A stretch of 64,000 nucleotides of DNA, taken from positions 8,817,642-8,881,641 of the forward strand of contig CAJINV010000001.1 in NCBI GenBank assembly GCA_905178155.1. Direction: 5' to 3'. Every line of letters begins with the position of its first letter. The first letter of the stretch is position 1. This document shows, piece by piece, positions 55,998 through 64,000 of this stretch. The stretch is from Amoebophrya sp. A120. Lineage: Eukaryota; Protista; Dinoflagellata. The notes under the pieces were generated by a model. That model saw only the letters and a program-made list of their open reading frames with translations. It did not search any database and had not been told where the DNA came from. A program made the translations under genes and the position numbers.

Positions 55998-57840
55998 ATG
56001 TCGTCTGTCCAAAACCAACCAACCAACCGACCAACCCACCGGAATTTAGGCCCGCAGGCCCACGCCTATTGCAACTCCGATGTTGAAGATGCTCTCGCCT
56101 CGCAGATTGCGTCGTCAGCCGCCGCAGCTGCCTGTGTTGGCTGCACCGGGAAGCAGCCCCGTCGCGGTTGGACGGAGGCGGACCTCATCTCGCAGCCGGT
56201 GGGGGTCTATGCCTTTAAATGCACACCACCGCATCGTGTCCGGTACCACGCTCTGTTTCCAGTTTCGCGAACTGACCAACGCTTCGCAGGCTGCTTTGCG
56301 ACGGCGCAAGAGGCGGCTCAGGCTTGGGACGCAGCAGCTAGAGCCGGCGGTTGGAGAGTCGTAAATGCTCCCAGGGACGTCGTGAGGGAGTTGGCATTCC
56401 CTGACTACCTCCGGGGGAAAATTGCAGCTGCTAAACAGCCGGCCGCAACTTTTCCGCATCCGCCGTCGGAGGTTAGGTGGCGCACGAACGAGCTTAAAGA
56501 AGTACTACGTGACGTGGCAGAACGGCCCGTGTCCAAGATATGGAACGGTCCTCGTGGTCTGCAGCAGGATGACCATGACACAGCCGCGGGAAACGAGCTT
56601 TGCTGGTCCTTTCACCCGCATGCGGCCGAGGTGCGAAAAACGACCGCACGCGGAACGACGCTGCAGGGAACACGCCCATCGGCTCTGGACACCTGGCATG
56701 ACCTCGCGTTGCGAGCCAAATGCGTCCGGTCCTGCATCGAATATCGGGGAGACCAAGAGGTTGGATGAAATCACTTTCTGACACACAGCACGCTCTGCAC
56801 AGCTATAGTCCTCGACAATCACGTTTCTGCATATTGTTATTGACGTCGTGAACAATTAGTATTGCGAGAGTCCATGCAATCCGTCGCTGTACTAGTTGCG
56901 CGCAGCAACAATGTTTTCCTCAAAATTACGTTGGACAGGTATCGCGTATGACGCTTGCAGGAGAGCTTCGGTTTATGCAAGGAAGCTGGGTCTTGAATTT
57001 CCAGCCGCGTGTTGCCGCGGCGATTTATGAGCGGTTTGCAGGTACCCACTAACGAGTTGTTACCCACTAACGAGTTGTTACCCACTAACGAGTTGTTTCA
57101 ATTTCAATCAAAGTATGCACGATGACGGTTCTCGTGGTCTTGTTCCGCAATAAATGGGTCCGTCAGTGACCCCCTCCGGGCTCCAAGCGTCTCGAAGATT
57201 TACCATCCTTCGACAAACGTGCACAGGTAACGCTGCGGTCGTCTACGACAGTTCTGCCGGATGGGGTGGTCGCCTTCTCGGCGCTTTTCTTGCCAGCAAT
57301 GTCAGCAAATACATCGCTTGTGAACCGAGTTCCAACACATTCGCAGGGCTAGAGCAGCTACGAGACCTCGTACTGGAAAAACTTGTAGATGACAAAAAAG
57401 GGGGCTTTGTTGTCTCAACCGAAAATGGCAGGCGGATGTGTTCACTCGACATCGAGCTCCACAAGTGCGGAAGCGAGGACTTCGTGCCGCCGAAAAACTC
57501 CGTCGACCTCGCTTTCACTTCCCCGCCCTACTTCTCTCTCGAACGCTACGCTACAGAACCTTCACAGTCACACGTTCGTTTTCCAACCTTCCCGCAATGG
57601 TGCGCAGGGTTTTTGCAACCAACCCTTACGCACACCTTCGAGGCTCTCAAGCCCGGTGGCGCGATGCTCATCAACATCGCGAATTGCAAAATCTTTACGG
57701 ACCGCGGGATCGATCTCGAGGCGGAAACAGTGCGTATAGCGGTTAAGGTGGTTGGTGCGCGACAAGAGACCACACTCCGTCTGCTGAAGATGGACGGCAC
57801 GGAGGACAATGGGGAGCCAATTTTCGTTTTCAGAAAATAA
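55998..57840 (+). CDS. AP2-like DNA-binding domain fused to an amino-type (SPPY; N4-C/N6-A) DNA methyltransferase, 3 exons (about 492 aa from the ATG at 55998; true start uncertain)
   Basis: Exons 55998-56759, 56939-57041 and 57227-57840 are joined in frame by GT-AG introns. AP2-like GVY...RYHALF...RFAGCFATAQEAAQAWDAAARAGGWRVVNAP. MTase motifs NFQPRVAAAIYERF, VYDSSAGWGGRLLG, YIACEP, DLAFTSPPYFSLERY and LKPGGAMLINIAN. Confidence 0.82.
57043..57096. repeat. 3 x 18-bp tandem repeat at the start of the second methyltransferase intron
   Basis: TACCCACTAACGAGTTGT repeated three times. Confidence 0.9.
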
Positions 57841-58280
57841 GATTATCACAGAATTACACTATTTCCTGGTGGCTTTAAAGCCAACCCTCAAATCCCCAAA
57901 ACAAGGCGATCATACAATTCCTCTAGAAAAAACAACGACACCGATTCTCCATTGCTCAGTTATAGAATTGATTGATATTGCAGCCGTCTCTGCGCACTAC
58001 AGTAGTTTACGATGACGGTGAGGTGCACGCTACACGAAGTTCATAGAAAGCTTCTTTGACTCATTTTCTTTGTGTTCAAAGCCTAGTATGTCTAAAACCA
58101 AACATACGGTCAAAACGGAGCCGGCGGGGCCGTCGCACCCCTTCTCCTTCAGCCCACACGAAAGAAGAGTTTTAGAGACGATTCTTCGTACCACGGTATG
58201 CTAACATCAAGCTGAACAAGTGAAGTACTTCCTACTTTTCTTTACAAAAACGTGATCCCGAAAAGCAAATCACAATCAAA

Positions 58281-59252
58281 ATGGCATCCACGGCAGTGAA
58301 CCCGCGGTCTTTTTCACGATGGTTCGCGCACCAACCGTTGCTTCTCACACTGGTTGTTCTTCTGCTTTCTGGCGTCGACCTCGCGTTTTCCAAAGCTCCG
58401 GAGCAGATCGACCCCAACATTTACGCCCGGCTTTTCCAGAACAACCGCCCCACGTTTGACCACATTGCTTCGAAGGTCCTCGCCGACCTCCCAGAAAGCC
58501 GCAACGGAGTAGCTACCGTGCTGGATTTGGCGTCGGGCCCCGGGGAACCGAGCGTGACCCTGGCGGTGATGGACAAGGACGCACCAAAGCTCGCGAAAAT
58601 CACCACCACTGATTTCCAGTCGATGATGGTCGAAAAGGCCAAGTGGCGCGCGGAGATCGAACACGTCGAGGACAAATTGGCCTTCGCGACCACCTCGGCC
58701 GACGACCTCTCGCAGTTTGCCGACGGCAGTTTCGACGCGGTCACTATGAGCTTCGGTCTGATGTTCGTGCCCGACCGGCAGAAAAGCTTGCAGGAGATCG
58801 CACGGGTGCTGCGCCCCGGCGGTCGGGCGTATTTGTCGGTGTGGAAGGAACTGCCGTTTCAGACCTTCGCCCGCTACGTCTTAGAGCAAATCGCCGGAGA
58901 GGAAAAGAAAGCCACGTTGCCGCCGTTTGCCATCAATCCGCTGGCTCTGCAAGCCGAGAACGCCGTGGAATCGCTGGCGGAGAACGCAAATCTAGTCGTG
59001 AAGGGCGACGAACGGCTCTCCTACGACTTCCACATGGGAACCTACAAGGAAACGGCCGACGGGCTTCGGATCCTGGCGGGCACACTGCTGAAAGAAATCG
59101 AGGAGGAACAACCCGGCGCCCAGGCACGGTTCGACTCACTCGTGCAAGCGGAGATGGAAGCCCGGGGGTGGACGGGCGGCGCGATTCCCGATAATTCCCC
59201 ACAGATCTTGACGCTGCAGAAGCCGGCGCAGGGGGAGGCGTCCGACTTGTAA
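58281..59252 (+). CDS. Class I SAM-dependent methyltransferase (UbiE/COQ5-like fold) with an N-terminal signal peptide
   Basis: VLDLASGPGEP, TDFQSMMV, FADGSFDAVTMSFGLMFVPD and EIARVLRPGGR; hydrophobic leader LLLTLVVLLLSGVDLAFS. Confidence 0.85.
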   Translation: MASTAVNPRSFSRWFAHQPLLLTLVVLLLSGVDLAFSKAPEQIDPNIYARLFQNNRPTFDHIASKVLADLPESRNGVATVLDLASGPGEPSVTLAVMDKDAPKLAKITTTDFQSMMVEKAKWRAEIEHVEDKLAFATTSADDLSQFADGSFDAVTMSFGLMFVPDRQKSLQEIARVLRPGGRAYLSVWKELPFQTFARYVLEQIAGEEKKATLPPFAINPLALQAENAVESLAENANLVVKGDERLSYDFHMGTYKETADGLRILAGTLLKEIEEEQPGAQARFDSLVQAEMEARGWTGGAIPDNSPQILTLQKPAQGEASDL

Positions 59253-60066
59253 GTAATGGTGACGATCGTATTTTTGCGGGACGAAGCAAACCAGAACGCC
59301 TTCTCGGTGTTTAAAACGACTTTGCACGGGAGCAGACGTTTGTGATACGAGTGAGGCCAAATCGAAGTCGCACCAGCCGTCCGTTCGAGTTTTTGATGTG
59401 CGAATTTATTTCAAATCCGAAATTAATGGTTTGCTCGAGTGGTTTCTTATCCGAATAGATTTCGGAGGACTGCGAACGCGAAGAAATACGGTTACGGTAT
59501 ACAAAAATACAAATATTAGTGATTTTGAAGTGGAAGACGAAGAACGACATTAAAGCGAAATACAGCGTGCGCATTTTTCCTGCAGATAGTGTTTCGTTTA
59601 TGAGTGAAGTTCGTCAATATCGCGACTGCCGCCTACGATCCAGGGGAGACAATGCACGGAATTTCGCATGTGATTTCGAAATTTGTCGGCTCTGTTTCTG
59701 GCAGTAGACACACGGACTTTCATGATGTTCGTTTGATTTTCTTTAGTGTTAGTCACGACGACTGTATAAATTTATTGGGTGCCTCTAACTATGTTGTCGA
59801 CCACTTAATGCAACCCCTTTTATGAAATCCAGCGACAGACGCAGCACGGTTTTCAAAAAGAGTTTCGAAGAAAAAAAACCGCTCGACGAGAAACTTACTA
59901 CGGTACCAGCGACAAAACCAATTGATCACATTATATATCCATAAATAGAAGTACAGAGATTCGTTAAGACAGACAGAGATGAAACGCGAAAGCTTGCACA
60001 CTTGCTCAACATCTGTATTAAAGAATTGAAACGTCGACGCGCCCTGCTCGACTCGCATTCAAAATC

Positions 60067-61427
60067 ATGGCCGGTGGTGCATCATCTAGCTCCTCTGCGG
60101 CTCCCGCTCCGTTCGCGATCCCGCTCGGTGGTCCCTCATTTCCTGAAGCCGCCGACGCGTCGAGCGCTCCTCTACCAAAGCCCACCTTCGTGGATTTGCT
60201 GACGCAGGGAAAAAAGAACGCCAAGGGAGATGGGTACGAGAAATGGGTCCTTCGGCTACAGGAGATGAATGAGAAGACCTTCGAAAAACGCCTAGTGTGT
60301 GCCATGGTACGATGTAGAAGATGAGTTTGTTGTGCTTTTGAAGTGATATCATTCATCCATTCAGGAGAGGAGATGAGTCATTTTTATACTTTGTATGTTC
60401 GTTGCGGTGCGGCCCCCGTAGTCAGTCGCTCGCAACGTTTGGTAGGTGTAGGACGCCGGGCTTAATCATTTACCAGGTATCCTCCTTGCACTTCGCTACT
60501 TTTCGCGGGAAGGCGGGTCTGGCGCCGGCGTCGTTACCAAATGAAGTGGTCGGTCTTGTTCTGGAGTTCATCGGGACTGTCATGCCGTCGAACGACACCC
60601 AGGAAAGAGCTTTCTCCGTCAACCATTCCACGAAACTCGCTAAGCTGAGCGATATGCAGCGCGGGCGTGATTGGAAAAGGGCTGCGGACTACCTCGTAAC
60701 CCTTGCCCGCGAATCCGCTGCTTCAACTGGTGCGGGAAGCTTTGCCATTACCGCGGAAATTGCTGCGAGCATGCCCAAGATGTCCGACGGCAGCGCCCCA
60801 CAGCTGAAGCAGATTTTTGAGATCTTGTCCAGCTGGGGACACTTTGACATAACCGACGCCAATGGCGAGGAGTTCTACACCATGCGCGACGACAGAGGTC
60901 GCAACACCCACGTCGGGCGGATTGGTGACGACACCGAATTTGTCGACGGTTTTCCATACAAGCTAATTTGGGACATCCAGGAGCCTCTCGAAGTCGATGG
61001 TGAAGACGCGCGCGACTTGGTGGAACAATTGGAGGCGGGTAACGGTGTGTACGGTGCATTACCAGGCATTCCCGCAGGTAATTGTAACGCAGCGGCAGGG
61101 TCGAGGTTTTTCCAAAAGTTCCGGAACGTCGTTATCGAGACGCAGAAAAAAGTGCTGAAGTACCTCCTCGACATCTTCGAGGAAGCCGTGTCCAAGGCAA
61201 ACACCGAGATTCAGCTGACAGAAGAGCAGTACAATGGTGCGCCCAAGCTGCCAAACGGAAAGCGGTACCCTTTTTTCCAAAACGATGTTGCTGATCTGCA
61301 TGTCCAGCTCGACAGGTCGGATTTCGCCATGTCCAAAATTCTGGCTCAGACGCCCGGCCTGTACGTCCCATTAGCGCAACGCGAACTTGGCGCATTTCCC
61401 ATAACGATCCGTCTTATCTTCGAATGA
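60067..61427 (+). CDS. F-box-like motif protein, paralog of 51184-52037 (2 exons)
   Basis: GT-AG intron 60307-60476 (CAM|VSSL) at the same position as in the paralog; SLPNEVVGLVLEFIGTVMP and DGFPYKLIW. Confidence 0.6.
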
Positions 61428-62689
61428 GCGCCGACGCACTCGCGTTGCATAGTACGGGATCGGATTCTTTTCCGGTGTGAAGAAGCATGATGCTACTGAG
61501 AGTTTAAACTGCGACTGCCTGGCGGGGCCGTGATCGTGGCGAATGAACCAAAATGAATCAGAATCTCAGCTACTCCACTAAGCAGTAGACGGAACAAGGT
61601 TCCAAATCCAATGATTGGCGCCATGGCGTAGACCATCTACACCATGGCGTAGACAAGAACTAGTATCCTGGTGCGAATGCGTAAAGACGTAGAGTCGTGA
61701 TACCAAGAGCACGCTGAGGCTTACTGGGGTTCCAGCTCTGATTTGCGCAAGAAAAAACTTGAACTAAAGAACTGAGCTATTTCTTCGCGCAGCTACCTAG
61801 TTCTGCTTGTGCTGTTTGTGGTTCGGAAAGACGCTCAGAGATGTTCTTCTACCTGTCAGCAATCCGACGCCAAACCGAGCTGGGAAAATTTGAAGCAGAC
61901 GGGGAAACATGGCATTGATACTGGTCAGTACTCGCGTGGTGGTTGTTCGTTGTTGCAGCAATGTCGACAACCTCAACTGGTAAAAGAGAAATGAGAAGAG
62001 TTTTCTCGAGCGACCGCACGCAAGACGACGAGACAAACACTAACACATGCGAGACTAATAAATGTGGAATCGTTCATCGATAGTTCGTCGTGTGACCGGA
62101 CGACAAACAGCAAGACGATGTTCTTGAGCTCGATGAGATTTGTGTATTATCGAACGTGTCTATTCTGACCGTGCGTCGGGTGTCAGTTCATGGCGTATTT
62201 ATGATGCCTTCCAAGTTCTTCGTGGCGGAAAGGAACAGCGAATCTCGTTCCTGAATGCAACAATATTTTTCTCATTGCCTCACATGGTAGAGAATAGAAA
62301 CAGTAGAATAACTTATAGGATATCTTTCTAAATCGCAAAAATAGATATTCCAGCAGACGTCCGGCAAGGACGACATAGAACTTTCGTGCACTTCCACTGT
62401 GGTCGATTGCTCCCAAACGCAAAAATTATTGCGCCCCTCTTTAAGAGCGCATATCCCAAGCCCGCGTCACGCGTTGCCTCGCGTTTGTGAGAGACGAGCC
62501 GCTTCGAGCCGTGAAACTCTTCGCAGGTACATCACAATAAGTGCTATAGCATAACTGTGAATCAGCAGACCGCAGTACTAGACCTCGTATTCATTTCTTC
62601 TGGTTTTCTTCTAACTCTGACGATATGCATCACACCAAAACGCACAGCACGAAGATTGGCAGGACTTGTAGTCCGGCGGTGTTGCGCTA

Positions 62690-63501
62690 ACCTCGACAAT
62701 GAGCACGCCACAGCAGCAGGACGAGCGGGACGACGTTTTTCGGCGTCTTGGCCTGGCCACGGATTCGGAATTCGAAAATCAGCAGAAGCAGAGTCGGTCG
62801 CTTTTACTCCGAAACCAAGCCTCCGTAAGCCGGACCAGTGTGCCACAGCCACCATGTAAAATAAGTATAAGAAATTCGAGTTGTGACTGATGGTTCTCTT
62901 CCAAAAAAAACGACGAGCATAATTCAAGCAACAACGATTCATTACCGGAGTTCTTTCTACATGTCACTGCCTCGGTGCACATGATCTACTTTGCAAAAAA
63001 CAAACAGCACTGCGACCTGGCGGCGCACCATCGTCATCCATGTATCCGCCACAAATGGGAGCGCCAGGAGGTGGCGACTCTGCTGCTTCATCTTCTGGCT
63101 ACGCTTCCCAATATCAACCTTCGCAGCAGCCCTTCAGCGTTGGAATTAGTGCTCCTTCAAGTTACCAGCAGCAGGCCAGCAGCGCAGCGTCAAACTACTC
63201 TGCCTACCAGCAGCAACGGGAACAACTAGCACAGGCCCAGGCGCAGCAGAACCAGATGCTAGCGGCAAGGAGTAAACTGTACCAGCAACAGCAGCAACAA
63301 CCAGGTGTGCACCTGCCACGCCAGCACATGAGCTCAAGCACCTCCGCGGCTTCAGGTTCCGACGGCGAAGATGCGGACGTTTTGAAGCGCTTAGGTTTGT
63401 GCAGCAACGAGGAGTATGAGCGGCAATCGCGTGCGGAGCTAACGGACGCCGTGCGGTCGCTGCGCAACATGCAGGACCGGCTCGGCGGTGGTCTCATGTG
63501 A
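62690..63501 (+). CDS. Q/S-rich hypothetical protein with an internal repeat (upstream exons unresolved)
   Basis: Two similar segments, DDVFRRLGLATDSEFENQ (about 62730) and ADVLKRLGLCSNEEYERQ (about 63370); stop at 63501. Confidence 0.4.
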
Positions 63502-64000
63502 GGAGGTGATGTGTTGAGAACTTATCACAGTTATCAGCTTCTTGTTCATCTACTAGGTAAAGAACGACGCCTGAAGCATTTACTTTTTAAACGTGTTGAC
63601 CCTTCCGCCTTGCCGCTGTAGGTAGTACGACGCGACCCCGGGTCCTGGGCCGTGACAAACAATGTACACTTCTTGCGTATATTATCTATCACTATCAGGG
63701 ATATCATCATACGCACAAAAGAACAGATCAACATGAGGCGACTTGACTAGACCCAGAGCGAACGCACGGCACCGTATGTACTAGCAACTTTGGTCTCGTA
63801 CTCGTACTCGCTCATTGTCCAACTCTTCGCCGGCCTACAACAAACTCGAAATGTTCATTTAGAATAAGAGCAAGACCATACTTTTTTTCGATCAAGAACC
63901 TCCGTCGTCCTCGGAAACGACGAGAGGTGAAACCTTAGCACTGAAAATGATCTGGGTCGATATCTGTCAAACAAAGTAGGTCGATCAATCAGTTGTAAAC

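Larger units (their letters stand above)
53866..56068. mobile_element. 2.2-kb non-autonomous DNA transposon-like element with perfect 79-bp TIRs (terminal TA may be a TA TSD)
   Basis: 53866-53944 (TAGGCGTGGGCCTGCGGGCCTAAATTCCGG...CATTTGACCGA) is the exact reverse complement of 55990-56068. The interior is mostly tandem repeats; no transposase ORF is evident. Confidence 0.88.

Noticed and set aside
55998-59252. Bacterial or viral contamination / restriction-modification operon
   Set aside because: The DNA MTase has spliceosomal-type introns, no endonuclease partner is visible, and the neighbouring MTase is a small-molecule type with a signal peptide.
61621-61654. CCATGGCGTAGAC direct repeat / small hairpin
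   Set aside because: Too short, with no TSD or family match; probably local slippage.
1-64000. tRNA, rRNA, dinoflagellate spliced-leader relics, or an autonomous transposase for the introner-like elements
   Set aside because: None recognisable by eye. Divergent copies cannot be excluded without tRNAscan/Infernal/HMM searches.

Overview
Eukaryotic, gene-dense genomic DNA in which essentially every real gene is on the + strand. The genes are interrupted by ordinary GT-AG introns and by many short palindromic insertions. The overall pattern (unidirectional gene cluster, divergent low-complexity proteins, inverted-repeat 'introner' non-canonical introns) most resembles the parasitic dinoflagellate Amoebophrya (Syndiniales); this is an inference. 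I delimited 18 insertions of 150-543 bp from about five sequence families. All share one rule: 5'-TA(T)...ATA-3' ends, terminal inverted repeats, a 5-bp target-site duplication and no GT-AG at the element boundaries. Seventeen lie in predicted coding exons, and removing the element plus one TSD copy restores the frame and, where a conserved motif is present, that motif (e.g. KPHGHGDVH and INVEYN of UDP-sugar pyrophosphorylase). Recognisable genes: a cupin, UDP-sugar pyrophosphorylase, a SHIPPO/ODF3-repeat protein, an acetyl-CoA-synthetase-like adenylation + carrier-protein + ankyrin protein, a Cys-rich HAD-domain protein, two F-box-like paralogs and a class I SAM methyltransferase. The most striking locus is 53.9-57.8 kb. 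A 2.2-kb element with perfect 79-bp TIRs and internal satellite arrays directly abuts a spliced gene that fuses an AP2-like DNA-binding domain to a phage/giant-virus-type amino (SPPY, probably N4-cytosine) DNA methyltransferase.
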